Below the pieces are notes generated by a model, which saw only the letters and a program-made list of their open reading frames with translations, was not told the origin of the DNA and did no database searches. This document shows, piece by piece, positions 14,101 to 27,400 of a stretch of 64,000 nt of DNA. Origin of the DNA: Balanoglossus misakiensis (lineage: Eukaryota > Animalia > Hemichordata); the NCBI GenBank assembly GCA_040954595.2, contig CM082576.2, positions 8,869,129-8,933,128 of the forward strand, in the 5' to 3' direction. The translations under genes and the position numbers were made by a program. How positions within the stretch are numbered: the stretch's first letter is position 1; each line of letters begins with the position of its first letter.

Positions 14101-17100
14101 ATGCTAGTGAACCTCTGTGCCTTGATATGACCTATGACCTGCCACATACTTGAATTACAAAGACTGAAGTTGTCAAGATGGCATTGGAATCTCCTGAATA
14201 TTTTTCCTCTAAATTATTTTGCTGGCATTCTTTTTCATATTAATGTAAAATCGTCTCAAGATTTATGCAAAAGAAAGATCTTGCATACCACAAATGATCT
14301 TTTGGGGAAAAATTATATTTATTCATGCTTTGAAAGAAAAATATACATTTTGAACATATAGAGTGATCAAGTACTAGTATATCCAGCACGTGGACTTCCA
14401 TGTCTTTAAAATGGTTTGAAAGAATTCATCTACTATGTGCGTTGCTACTTTCAGTGTTAAAGTCATGCATACATTCTGAAGGAAAGTAATGCCTCGGTTG
14501 TACAAAACCGCCAAACGCAGTGGTTTGACTAGTATTGTATTTCGGCAGATGCTGACACAAACACAAAAACAATTCCCATGTTTGTTTTTCACATCTCTCT
14601 TTGTACAGGTTATTAAAATAGATTAGAAGTAAGGCAGAAATCAATTCAAGTAAAGGGAGCAATAATAATGGGATTAAAAACAGCCAAACTGTAATTTTTT
14701 TGTCTTCTTCAGGAGAAGTGTCCCGTCAGTTATCCATTCTGACTCTACAGTGATCACTTTTCTTCTTCTGAAAAAAAACATTGATGCATGTATTGTTGGC
14801 TGCAGACATCCAACATTCACAAAATAATTCTATGAAGCCCGAATAAAGCGCTTCGTTGCCGTGGTTTGCCCCACTTTAATCGTCACCGTAAGCTTGTCCT
14901 CCACCACTTCGTACGTTCGCATCTGGCTTCGCGAGTGGTCCACGGCCGGCTTCAGGTACAAGACGTTGTTCTCCACGGTGGCCACGAACGTGTCCACGCC
15001 CCCGATCATGTTGGGCGCTTCAAACTCCTCGTGGAGACGAAACTTCATGTAGTGGTTTCCGATGAAGTCGGAGCGCATGCATATGGTGATGCAGTCGCCG
15101 TCGTCATCGTCGTCGTTGCCGATGTCGATCTCCCTGTAGTCGATCTGCAGGAAAGGGAATATCTCCTCCGGTATTCCCATGGCCCGTAACAGACTGTCCA
15201 TACTCTCTGTGGGTGTGTCCGGTTTCCACTTCCCGAAGATCTTCAGCATGATGACGCAGATTTCGTCGAATCAGGAAATTATTTTTACAGCAAGTGGGAG
15301 TGTAACGCTGGTCTGTGCCGAGACACAGAGACCATACTAACTGACTTCAAAAGATGTGTTAGTTTTGAACCCCGGTTAATGCCAGTTTACCTGTGTGACC
15401 AAAAGAATAAGAAAAAATAAATATGATCAAAGCCTGTCACATTGTCATCCCTGTCGGTATTTTTCAATATAAAACAAAAGGCTTAAGTTTTTGTGAGTGT
15501 AGGGTTTACTGTACAAGCGGTTGATTTGTCGGACACAGTGGTTACGCAGAAATCTCATTTGTTTGGATTTGAAATGAGCCGAACTTGTCTGATCCTATTG
15601 TCGTGAACCACCAACCTTTGTTTGGAAACTACTGGTACCTCAGCCAATCAGCCTAACAATTTTCTCACGTCATGCATATTTTTCTGATGTCATTCAGTGG
15701 CAAAGTGTAGGCTTCATTAAATTAGAAACAGGTAAAAAAAATTAAGTTACCATTGACATTGTCATGCTGTTTGTCACAATTTGACCTACTATTAAAGGTC
15801 AGTGTTGATGACCTCAATGTTCAGAAATCATCAGATGTTACTATCTGATCCGTTCTCTTCTTCAAAACAAGTTGTCTGACAACTGACATTATTTTTTAAG
15901 GATATCGCAGCATTCGCCAGAGAAAACATGCTGTCTGGGCATGGAAATAGATTTTGTTACACCTCATAGTGTTTTTAAGATCTGTGTTTATAGAGTTTTA
16001 GCGGTATCCATTAAGGCTGTCAACAGTTCGTGTCATAGTGACCTCATCCATCACAGTGTCTGACCAAAGTTGAATTAAAGCTGGACGGCTGTCAAGAAAT
16101 ACGTACGAACGCACAAAATCTATGCGCAATTAGACCATTATGTGCCCTTGTAGCTATGGTAACCATTTAGAAACACGACATTTTAATATAGCCGGTTTCA
16201 TATGTGTCATATATGTGTATGATGAATTGAATTACAGTGTATTGTAACTGAATGAAATGCTGTGTCAACAGTGGAGGAGTGGTGTATATGTATATGAGTC
16301 TGGTCAGTTTTCACAAAAACGTGGATGTCGTTTTTGACTCGTGCAAATATATTAAACAAGCATAGATGTACTTGTTGGCCTGTCAGTATAAATCCACTTT
16401 GTGAGTGTAAAGTTGACATAAATTCCTAGAGAATAAAGAGGTTAATGTAAAGTTTGACCACTTACCCTGTCCCCCCGTGCGCAGTTTGTGCTATTCAAGG
16501 ATGACGTCTGCAAACCTGAACAAGATCCCTTCATGATAAACTGTAACTTGATTTGTAACTCATTTGCTGATTTAGGTGGTGTTTGTGTCAATTAACCCGT
16601 TCTCTTCTTCTGCTATACTTTGTCATTGGTTCTTTGGTGAGAAAATTGTCAAACCATGTAATTTTAATCATTTCATATGTGTACTTGAGACTAAGCCAGT
16701 TTTTGAAATTTTTCAGGCTACTGCAAAATTGTGCCAAATTTTATTGTTAGACATTAAGCAGATAAATGTGTTGAATATTAAAAGAAGGTCATGTATGTCA
16801 CGTTGGAATGTAACAAAATGTGCCACACATTCCTAAATTCGTACAGATGTCGTCTGAAGTAATTCATTTTACCAGCAATAGACAAAAAGAGTCCTTAGTT
16901 ACTTCCGACAACCAGCTTTGTAACAAAATAGAAATACCCCATTATTTCCAAATTGTCACTCAGTGTACCACTGTACCAACTGTAAAGGCAATTGCACACC
17001 ACAACATGTCAGTTTTTAGTCATGAAATATCTCAATTCTATTTTTATTTCTTCTTAAATTCTAGTTGTACGTTGGCTGCCAAGATGGTTCACTGTATGGT

Positions 17101-17785
17101 TTACCATTTGATAATGAACATGTCTTTAATTGCCAGGTGAGTGTGTCTAGCTCTTGACCCTATCACAGATGATGTATGATGTAAACAGTAGCTTTTTTAC
17201 TTATTTCGAAATCTGAGTGTCATTCTCAAACTGTCATCCTCAAAGTCTGCATTGCTCTATTACTTTGTAGCCTACCTTAGCCTTTCTCACTCCCAAGTGT
17301 TTTTCTCTGTGTATTTTTGTCCCTTTCTTTCACAGTGGACGGATTGTGGCCTGTCTTTCATGATGAAAGAACATCTGGTGGACCACTTGCAAATTGACCA
17401 CTTGGAGAGCGACCAGGACACCAACATCTTCCGGTGTTTCTGGAATGACTGCAAGAAACTGTTTGCCTGGAAGAAAAATGACACTGAAATTCTCAAGGTA
17501 GGAAAAAAACTGATGAGAGAAATCACTTCCATTGTGATCTTTCAGCCCTGCTCTTATATGTACTTTGATGGTTTGTCATTTGATAGTCACAAACATACTC
17601 TCCTGAAGTTGATAGCAAGCTGAATTATCACACCATCACTTATACATTTAACCACGTGGTAAAGGTGATCATAGCATACAGAATACTTTGATGTACATTA
17701 GATTTTACACCACCTCATGCGTACAACATTGTGTGTTCTTTTCTCATTGCAGGAAGTTCACAATCATCTCTCTACCCATGTATAG
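2102..17785 (+). CDS. ZNF106: Zinc finger protein 106 orthologue (2 N-terminal C2H2 fingers, long low-complexity middle, WD40 repeats, C-terminal C2H2 fingers), ~2096 aa
   Basis: Phase-consistent GT-AG exons: 2102-2277, 2769-2930, 3034-5164, 5442-5708, 5833-5884, 6293-8411, 8792-9209, 9438-9557, 9933-10040, 10371-10565, 10863-10925, 11746-11874, 12187-12270, 17065-17136, 17336-17497, 17753-17785 (6291 nt, ends TAG). An in-frame TAA at 2078 precedes the ATG. Peptides CEQC..EEHDWSLLHHQKLE, CSLC..GLSAYSKHLISDQH, EMASLRRRRMSILKG, VYSGSADTFVLAHNI, LVTACLDKFIRVFDL, LYVGCQDGS and CQWTDCGLSF..HL..H resemble vertebrate ZNF106 as I recall it. Confidence 0.93.
12721..13167 (-). CDS. Fatty-acid-binding protein / iLBP-family protein, intronless CDS, nested antisense in a ZNF106 intron (copy A)
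   Basis: 148-aa GC-rich ORF with iLBP hallmarks: KFAGVW (FxGxW), helix-turn-helix EDLDLLYEAMGL, IEIRQHGDYFYIK, FKVGETYE, ELDGDKLVVTL. A splice acceptor (TGTAG) lies 4 nt before the first ATG and a candidate donor (CAG|GTGAGA) at 13840/13839, implying a 5'UTR intron. Confidence 0.88.
   Translation of the reverse strand: MESGGKMAPKFAGVWAAESSEDLDLLYEAMGLEDAAIDKILDDTPVIEIRQHGDYFYIKNVCQHTGTVEASFKVGETYELPTISGKKVRNKTSWVGGGKKLQVRPIAGRPDDPASVYELDGDKLVVTLYAAGTSARRTFVKAPENENH
14830..15249 (-). CDS. Fatty-acid-binding protein / iLBP-family protein, intronless CDS, nested antisense in a ZNF106 intron (copy B)
   Basis: 139-aa ORF: IFGKWK (FxGxW-like), ESMDSLLRAMGI, EIDIGND..GDCITI, FRLHEEFE, EVVEDKLTVTIKVG. 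Size and motif order fit the iLBP beta-barrel. Divergent from copy A. Confidence 0.82.
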   Translation of the reverse strand: MLKIFGKWKPDTPTESMDSLLRAMGIPEEIFPFLQIDYREIDIGNDDDDDGDCITICMRSDFIGNHYMKFRLHEEFEAPNMIGGVDTFVATVENNVLYLKPAVDHSRSQMRTYEVVEDKLTVTIKVGQTTATKRFIRAS

Positions 17786-17900
17786 GACAATCATAGAGGG
17801 CAGCAGATGTGGGGAGGAAGTCATACCAAGGAACAGTGTCACCTTCAGTCTGTTCGTTTGTATTGGATACACATCATTGGAACACAGTGTGTTACAGTAC

Positions 17901-17939
17901 CACACTACACTACACTACACTACACTACACTACACTACA
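17901..17939. repeat. (CACTA)n microsatellite in the ZNF106 3'UTR region
   Basis: About 8 tandem CACTA units, seen directly. Confidence 0.95.
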
Positions 17940-19215
17940 GAACAGTATGGTGTGAGAGACAGTCGTGCTTTGACAACTCAAATTTTTGTTGAAACAGTAG
18001 GCGTTGCTGTGTGTAAGCCAGACAATCACTGATGTGTCAGGGTGTTTTTTTTTCTGTGTGTGCAGGACATTTGTAACAATGGCCAGTGTTTTCCTACAGC
18101 TATAAGAGAATTCTATACAGGTAATAGACAGGCTGCACAGGAGCAGTTTGACTCGAGGGATCACTCCTTTGGTAAAAAAAATGGGGATTGTAAAATGTAG
18201 TCAGGCTGGAGCTTTAACAGACGCAATCGCTTGTTAATTTTGTATAATTTTTTTTGTATTTGTATAGCCTAACTCTAGTCATTGTGTGCACATAATGCTT
18301 GTCTGTCAGGCTTGTCATCAGCTGGACAGCTGTTGGAAATCATGTTATAATACATGTGTAGCACCATGGTCACTGAATTTCTGGAGTCACCATGGTTTTG
18401 AAACAAGGAAGCCTGCAACAACCATGTCCTGTGGCCTCAGTTGAGCGCCCTCAATGGTATGTTTTTCCTGTCCTTTTCTTTTTGAGTGTTGCTGGCAGAT
18501 CTGGTGCTGAACATAGAAATTCAGTTCAGCTGTCCACCAAACAGCTTGTAAGTTATCAGTCTTGTAGGCTGGAGAATAAACTCCACTGAGACTTGTATGT
18601 TTTGTATTTTTGTGCCAGTGTTCTCAAAGTTTATACTCCAGCAAATGATCTGAAAGGACTATTTGAAAGTATCATATGGATAGTCTTTTTTTTTAATTCA
18701 AAATTACTTCAAACGTTTTTTAAACATTTTTTTTGTTATTGTCTGTTCCTTATTGATATCTTTCTTTGTGGTTTACTTTTCATCATTTTTCATTTCAGTG
18801 TACAGTTCTATCATATAATGTTATCCATTCATTTTGGAAGCAATGATTTTTCTTCAGATGATAACAAGATGATTTTTGTTGTTTTCCCTCAAATCAAATG
18901 GTCTGTACTCTCATAAACTGGAAGTGATCATTGATACTGTATTATTTCCCAGACGTTATTAAGGTGGTATCACAAAATGTGATATTGTCTGTGATTTACG
19001 AGTAGTGTTTTACAAGTTTATTTATTGCTAGCGACGTGATTTGCTTTACAATGATGACAATATCTTGCCAAATATTTTCTCTTTGAAGTTGGGTGTTGGT
19101 GGACTCAGCATTCCTTAGGTGTGTGCAGAAATCTCAGAAAATGACTATTTCTGTCCTTGTTCAGTATTCGTTTCTTTTCCTGTAAAAGTGGCATATGTCA
19201 GCCAAGTTCAACAAC

Positions 19216-19217
<2 letters not shown>

Positions 19218-19251
<34 letters not shown>
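19218..19251. repeat. (CA)n microsatellite
   Basis: About 17 CA units, seen directly. Confidence 0.95.
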
Positions 19252-19255
<4 letters not shown>

Positions 19256-21498
19256 AGTGTAGTACTGCTGCAATGCAGTAAAGGTTATTTTTCATGGCTG
19301 TTTTGTGTTGCTCAAGCAGTTTTTCACAAATAGACGTCACATGTTTTGTACAACTCTGATGAGAGTTCAGTGGTCGTGTTATCAAGTCATATCAAACCTA
19401 CCCATTTGCACTGGAAGCAGGGAGGTTGTGAAATCAATCCTCATTTAGTAGTGCAGTTCCAAACACAGAAGTCAGTGGGTTTTTTTTTTTTTTTTTACAT
19501 TAATTTACTGTCTACAAAGTGGTGCTCTTTGGAAATGTAAGGTCATATTACATTGTGATTGGTAGCTGTGACGGTCTGATGACAAAACAAATCCTGTGCT
19601 TTATGTATATATTTATTTTTTTATGTAAAATTGTTTTAAAATGAATTAATGGCAAATGTTAATAATACCTAGCCTGTTGGTCTTATTTTCCCCTAGTTAG
19701 TTTTGCAGTCAAACATTCAGATGTTATAACAATGTTTTTTCCCCGAAATTTATCCTATGGCAAAATATGATGTGAACTCAGACAGCAAAGAAAGCTGCAT
19801 GCATCAGTTTTTGTGAATACGTATCTGCAAGTGGGATACCACACGACAGCGCCATCAACGGTGTCGAGATTGGAGAAGGAACGTGACAACTTACACGGGC
19901 GTTCTCACCTTGACCTGTTGACAGGGAGGATGGAAAAAAAATCTCCATATCTATTCGACCTTATAGAAGATTAAAACTGTTACAGATGTATCGTCAAGAG
20001 CTACAACTACAATTAAATTCCATGCGCCATTGAAGGATGCGCTTGTGGCCAGCAGCGACAAGCTCAAGGCAGATTCTAGTACTCTATAGTGATGAAACAG
20101 CTTTTCAAAAAGCTATCTCCGGTCTGTACCGATGAGGAGGCATGAGGTGTCGAATCAACTGCAGAGTTTCCTGTAGTGCCACAAACACTTTCATGGATAC
20201 ATGTCCTTGGTTTTTTCCAGAGGAAATCACCATATTGTAAGAGGCGAATTTTCAAAGCATGTACGCAAGCATATGCGTGTGTTTTCTCAAGGCCCACGTG
20301 TACCTGGTTGATTTGAACTTTCAGTACGACACGTTTCTTACGGTGGCCCGGTGGGGTGCTTCAAACTTGTCTCCTTGTCGATTTGCTGTTATTCGTTTTA
20401 ACACACAATAAAGAGGGAAGCGAAAATCCCTTTATCCGTTCAAACTGCACCTGGTCAAGTACTTTGAAAATCAGTCGAATGTCATGATTTCGTGACTTCT
20501 CGAAATTCCACGTTTCCTCTCAAATGGACAAGTGTGAACATTTCAGTCATTGTGTTTTCAAATATCTTTCACTTTTATATCTATCAGTTTTGAAATGAAC
20601 ATTGACTATAAATAAACTCTATTGGTAAAAAAATCCTCACTGGGCAAAGTTCCATCATGCAGAGTACGAATTTTTGCCGGTTTGTTATTTTTTGTTGCTA
20701 ACATTTGTGCACATCTAGTCTAGTAGAGATTCTTTGGTGGTTCTTTTTTCCCATTTGACAAAATATGATCTTACAAAGAATAATTTTACATGTAAATGAC
20801 TCATATAAAAACCTTTGTCATGTAATGGGAACAGAAACGAGGACAGCTATCCGTGTACGTGTCAAATCTTGTGTAACCGACGTTGTACGGCTAACACAGA
20901 GCCCGTCGGTTGAAATCGGAGTTTAATGAGTATTTTGTAAATGTCTTCGACAAGATTTATCGAGTCGATTCAACTGGCGCACTTTGTGACGTCGTTGAAT
21001 TCTCCAGTCCCTTCGTTATTATCTTCATTTGTATCTGTTTCGCGTTTCTGTATCCATGTCGCCGGACTTTGCCTCCGAGCAGGTACAAAGAGACGTCGCG
21101 CGTGGAATATTTATAGATGAACAGGACTTGTCTGTTACTCGAAAAGAGAGAGAGACATATCGTCGACGTAAATTAAGAAAAAAACACAAAAGAGGGACCC
21201 AATCTTTACGTAACATACTGAGTAGAAAAAATGACAATAATCTCCTTTTGCCAACTTCTCTAAATTGCACAGGTACAGTAAAACTGAGTAAAACTGTTCA
21301 AAAGTGGCGACGCCACAGTAAATTTCCATTACAATGATAAGGCATCAGGCGGTTGGCGTCAAGATTCCATACCGGTACACTGAGTCAATCTGATTAAAAT
21401 TAGCTGTAGAGGTAGGCTCCGACAGTGAACGAGAACAGAAAAAGGTCCAGCAAAGGTAGGCCTACAGCCGATTTTGAACCTGACGATACAGTTTGCCA

Positions 21499-24400
21499 TC
21501 AAGCGTGCTTCTGCGCATGCACCATACACGGGTGGCTGTTCTCCAGGTCTTCCATGACCAGTCTGGCGGCCACAGACAGCCGCACGGTATCGTCGTTGCT
21601 CGGTTTGTTGCCGTAACCACCTCCCTCGACCTCTGCCACCATGATTTTGTACAACTGCTCCGATTTAGCCACGATGTCCGTCAACGATGTGACGTTCACC
21701 TGTTGGGGGTTGAGAAATTGGAATCAAGAGAAAATTGTGATCAGAAAGTATTGCGGGGCAGTGCTCAGGAAGTGTGTGTGTGTGGGGGGGGGGTGGTGAC
21801 GTTCACCTTGATTGCGTTCCTATGCCCGCGGGGATGTAAATGTACATTTGATAACTCCTTAATTGTGTATACTATGTATTTTATAAGTGCGTTTAATTTT
21901 AAAACGCGTCAATTGCTTCAACCTCTAGTATCTCCTCAATTGAGTTAGTAACCAACCATTCTCATTATACATGTCTATCGTAACTACACATCGAACAGAC
22001 TCATACGTCATCGCATTCTCTCCGCACTATCCAACATCCGTTTTTTTTTCTTCGTGTATCCCCTCATACGCACAAAGCGCCAAGCACCGAACTCTTCCCA
22101 TACTGATGATGTCTTTCGTGAATTTCACTAGGTGATGCGGCGCCATCCCTTAATTTATTGGCCCCGTCGGAACCTGCAGAATTGAGGTCAAAGCCCTTTC
22201 CATTAACATTTCCTATGACTAGAAGGGGCAATATTTCTTAACTGCTGATAACAAATTATTTATCTTCCTATACCCCAACCTCCAAAAGGACAGTATATCT
22301 GATTGTCATGACAGCTGATGTGTGTGTAACAAGTACATGTACAGATATTGTTGTTGTTCAGTGGTCGACATATTGAGCAATGAAAAGTTTAATCTTAATT
22401 GTGTCTGTTCCAATCTTGTATAACTTCACTGCGCATCAAAAAAATGATAGTACATAAAACACAAATAGAAGGATTATTTTCAATGTTCAGAAATGTATTA
22501 ATGAGAAAGGTCAACTTGAAATTAAAGTAATCCATAAGAATGCCATGTTATTTTTAAAAAGGGTATTTTGATAATGTGCCCGCATACGAACAAAATAATT
22601 AGCCGGGTAATTTGTTGGAAGCGTTTTTGAAATAATTAAACGACAAAATGGAAACTCGTTTATCAAGATGGAAATGACCTTTGAAGCTTATTTCAAAATT
22701 TACTCAGAATTGCATGTCAGATTTCGAACGCTAATAATATATATTTTGGGTTTTAATGATCATACATAATGTCATCTTTATTGCAAAATTGCTTATAAAT
22801 TCTCCTTCCAATAAATTACTCTAAACATGGAAAGGGAAAGATGACATACAGAAGGAGCAAAATGACTTTATTGCATTTTTGAGGATTCGTCGCAAAGACG
22901 GGTATATTACGAAATCTTGTCTGAAATTAGAAATTGATTGATTTTTTTATCATTGAAACAAAATTGCATGGCAGTAATCGCATGGAGGTTATTTTAATTT
23001 TCGACATATCGCGTGAAGTCAGAATACTCACATCGGCGACAACGTGTCGATTTGGTGGAGTTTTTAACTAATCTGACGCCAAAATGGACACATTCGCCTT
23101 CCCCCCCCCCCTTTCATATTTTCGAGTCCCTGAATTCCTGAATACAACGCGTGGAGCAAATTAGCGTTCAAAGTCAGTCAAGTGGTCTTTAATGTTGTTG
23201 AGGACCGATATTATACGAATATAATTCTGCGTGAAGGCAGCTGAGCCTTTCGAATCATGGACAGAAGATCAAGTCTGTTTCTTTACAGGCACCTTTCACG
23301 AAAATCACAGATTAATCAGGATTTGAACTCTCCTTCCTTCAATGCCACGAGCAGCATCAAAGCTTTTGAATCAGATAGAAAAGCATTGAACGAGGACTTG
23401 TTGCCTAGTTTTCGGGCGGCGTGGAATCTAATAGGATCAATCAGCTACAAAGGCCGGATCTATTCAATGACTTGTAACCCCTTTTTGCACGACCTCAAAA
23501 TCCGCGATTTCATCATTTTACCATTCTTCATGTTAGTGGAGATTTCATTACATGTCAATTTTGCTATAGCTCGTTAAGTTAGATTGACGCCACAAAAATG
23601 TACGCACGCACGCGACCAACTTTGGTCCGAATTGAAATCAATGCACAATTTGAGCGAAGCACAAAAAATGAATGTGTGTGAATTAAATAATGGCCTCGTT
23701 TTACAGTGTTCTTTAATCAAATGAATGAAATCAATGTCAACATGATATTTGCATGATGAGGGGACGCAGAAACGACTTTTAGGTCTTCAGATATTGATAG
23801 CTTAGGACTTACACGTCCGACACTTTCCGAATGAAAAAGCGAGGTGGTGAAAAATCCATCACAAATCCGATAAAGCGATTTAAATGACGTCAATTCTTTT
23901 CGGAGTTAGGCCTAAATTTCCAAATACGAATTTTGCCGGTCTATCTAGAAGATTCAAGGGAACAGAAAATCCGCCAACGGTTACGGTTTAACCACCTGAT
24001 GCGAATATATCATTTTCAAGACAATCAAATGTCCAGAAATTGCAGTATTCTGATAAGGGGCATGCCCTGGGCGTCATTTTGGATTAGACAGGCACGCGCA
24101 ACGAAATTCTGTACGGAAAACTAAAAACACATGGTTGTATCCGTGGCTATATACGAACGTAATCTTTAGTCAAGCTGGCCTGCAGTACAGTGACAGGCAT
24201 TTTCTCTCGAAAAATCGACTAATCACTCCTGATTGGTCAAGAAATTTCTTGTGAAATTTTAACGACGTAATTTTCTTCTTAAACAGCGAGAAATCGTCTC
24301 ACGTTTCCTTGAGCAAATGGCGCAAGGCAAAACCATAGGTTCTCCTTTCGCTACAAGTGGCGCATCAGGTGGGAAAGGTTCGGGTCTAATCGGTTGCATG

Positions 24401-27400
24401 CGCTGCTGATCGGTTTCTTAATTAGCTGCACAGACCAGCAGACGGCCTTGCCTAATTCCTTTTGCAGGCCAATTTTAGCAAGCCGACGGCGAACGTGTAT
24501 AATTATGCACTTACCCTGAAGAATCCCGAATAAGGGGAATCCAGATCGGCGACGATGTAACACAGCGCGCTGATTGAGAATACAGTCATGATGCAGAATG
24601 TTAACTCCAGACGGTAAGACTGTGCCTTGAAGAAGAAAAAAAACAAAGTTGGAACCTCAGTGTCTGCGTCCTTTCGTGATATTACACAGTCATGTAAGAG
24701 ACCAACATTGGAGACGAGGTTTCCAGAATTGCCAATGAGATTTACCGAGTCGGAAATGTCAAATGCGCACTAATGCGAGACACTATACCCGAAACCGTAC
24801 ATTCGCTCTCTTTTTGCGGGTACAGAGACAAACTGTACAGACTGACAGAAGCGCGGAGAAAAGAGTTTCTCTTACGTCTATCAACATAACTCCAAAGAAG
24901 GCCGTGAAACTGAGCATCTCCAGGAAGATCCATCGGACTGGATGCATTTTCTCTCGAATGAGATTATGCCTTCCCAGGCTAGACGTGTTGATCTTCATCA
25001 TGTGGTCAATAACTTTTGGCTGAAACAAATGAAATGAAATAAATGTACATGTATGTGAGATGTGTTCAGTTGCGTTTAAATAATACAAAGTTACATAGAT
25101 AGATCAATTTTTACACGTAAATTTTTGATAGCTTACCACAATTACTCTGTCCACAGACCATTCCTTCTGTGCTTCAGTGGCAGACTTCAATATCGCGATT
25201 ATCTGTAACGATTTATAAATTCGGAGTTACCACCAGATGCCGAAATTGATAACTAATAGTAATTAGGTATAGGGACTATACTATATATAACTTTGAAATA
25301 TTACCATTTCCTGATTTTTACTTAAAATTTTACATCAATGAATTATAATAAACAAAAATAAATGGAAAGCAGGGTGTTCCCTTGGAAAGTGATAACCGCA
25401 CGCACACTACATCCGGGTAGTCTCCGGACTACTTCAATTCTTTACTATCAATCACGTGATCTGGCCATGTGTCACATGGCGTTGTCATTTCCAGATGACG
25501 GGCAAGCAATATTTCGGCATCCAGTAAAAGTTTTTCCGAGTATTGTTTTACTTTAGAACCGCCAGACACGTAACATGTATCAGGTATGCTGCCTTATCAG
25601 CCTCATTGCATTTCGTCTGCACAGTCTTTGTCTGCACCACGTAAGTCCACGTTGCTGAAGTTGCCCGTCATCTGGAAATTTTAATGCGAACATAACTGCC
25701 GCCTGAGCGCGTCTGACGTCATTTGATAGCGAAGAATACTGCTCCTTCTATATTTTTCCACGCGCGGAGACAATGTTGATTTTTCTGTAATTACGCGTTG
25801 TGACGCCAACGTACTATGCACAATGACTTGTCACTAAGGTAGAATTGCATGAACATTCTAAAAAAATTAAATTAGAAGACAGGTTCATTCTTACTTGCCA
25901 CACTTGTCCGGATGCTGTAGCAGATCTGAAATCTTTAGTGCTGGGCGACTGCCGACCCTGGACTTGCAAAATGATAGAAATTGCCTCTGCCTTCACGATC
26001 CGCAACACCTAGAAAAAATCGAGGTCGGGAAATATATGCCTAATGTATATATATATATACGATGTTTTTGTGAAGGGGCTATATTATCATCAGTATTTAC
26101 AACATACTGCCATATTTTGAAGCAGTATTCACTTGGTCCAACAGATAGTATAATCAGTCCAAAAGTAAAGCCTGTATGTCTGTCCTCTCCCTAACCACGC
26201 CATTGCCACTCACTTTGATTTTTGCCAGTGGCGTAGGTGACGACATGTGCGTCACGAGTATCATGATTTGGTCCAGCAAACTGACCTCTGCCGTCAGAGT
26301 TTTCTCGATCGACACCTGTTTCTGCAAAGCACCTTGCAAAGAAAACCCGAATGAAATTCTGCAAAGAAGTCATAATAGGGATGAGCGTTAATGTTAGAAT
26401 TCAGAGAAGAAAGCAAGCGATATGAGACAGGAACTTCCAAGGTGATCTCGCAAAATCAACAATTATCGTCAAGTTTACAGTGCAACCTTTGCTCCCCAGA
26501 AGAGGAACGGTGTTTCTAGAAGAAGGATGACCTGCAATCTTTGAATACACATTATGTACAGTTCCTTCAATCCGAGAAGCATGCTACTACGCCAAAGCAA
26601 CCTGAGAACACAAAATGCCACACAAAAGGCGGGAGAACACTACTCCACTTGTAGCTAACGAGATATGCACTTGCCAGGAAGGATTAAACGCACCGCTTGA
26701 GTCAGAAGAGCCCTTAATCGGACTATCCACATTTCTACCGGCGCGGCGTCTGGTTACACTCATTTAAAACTGTGAAATCAAACCGCTGTCTCGTTAATAC
26801 TTACGCATAAACGAATCCCGAAGGAGCGAGAAAGCTGGCTGTGGAGAGATGACAGAAACAAGACGGGCTTCAGGGATGGAAAAATTACAAATTATGCATC
26901 ATAATATTGTCGAATCGTGTCTGTTTTACAATAAAATGGTTTAACCCCGCATATAAACTAAAAAACAGTGTTGTAGGATATGCACATATCCAAATGACTA
27001 ATTTTATTAATTGAGAAATTCATATAATGGGATAATTAAATAGTAACTATACTTGGTGATAATAAGATATATAGTGTAATTCACCTCAATTGTAAGAAAC
27101 TGCTTTGACATTATTGCAAATTAAAATCTGATCCCTTGTCCTTCATGCAGAAATTTTGTCGATGGAACAAACGTCTAAAATTACAGTTTTCTGTCATCTT
27201 CTTACCTATAGCCTTGTTTATTTCCGGTGGGCGTTGAAAAGTGGGCCAGAAGATATTCGCCATCGGGCTGTAGAGGAGGAGCAACGCGGGCGCAAAGAGA
27301 AGGGCGATGATGGTCGGTAGGACCAGTTTGATCAGTGGAAGCGGGCGGTTGAACATGTCCCGTAATTGGTCGATGGCCTGTCTGTCCTCGTCACTCAAGA

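Noticed and set aside
21689-21808. 13-nt duplicate (GTGACGTTCACCT) of the last-exon junction of the DUF4239-like gene about 107 nt upstream
   Set aside because: Too short to distinguish from chance or a trivial local duplication, and it has no good pyrimidine tract.
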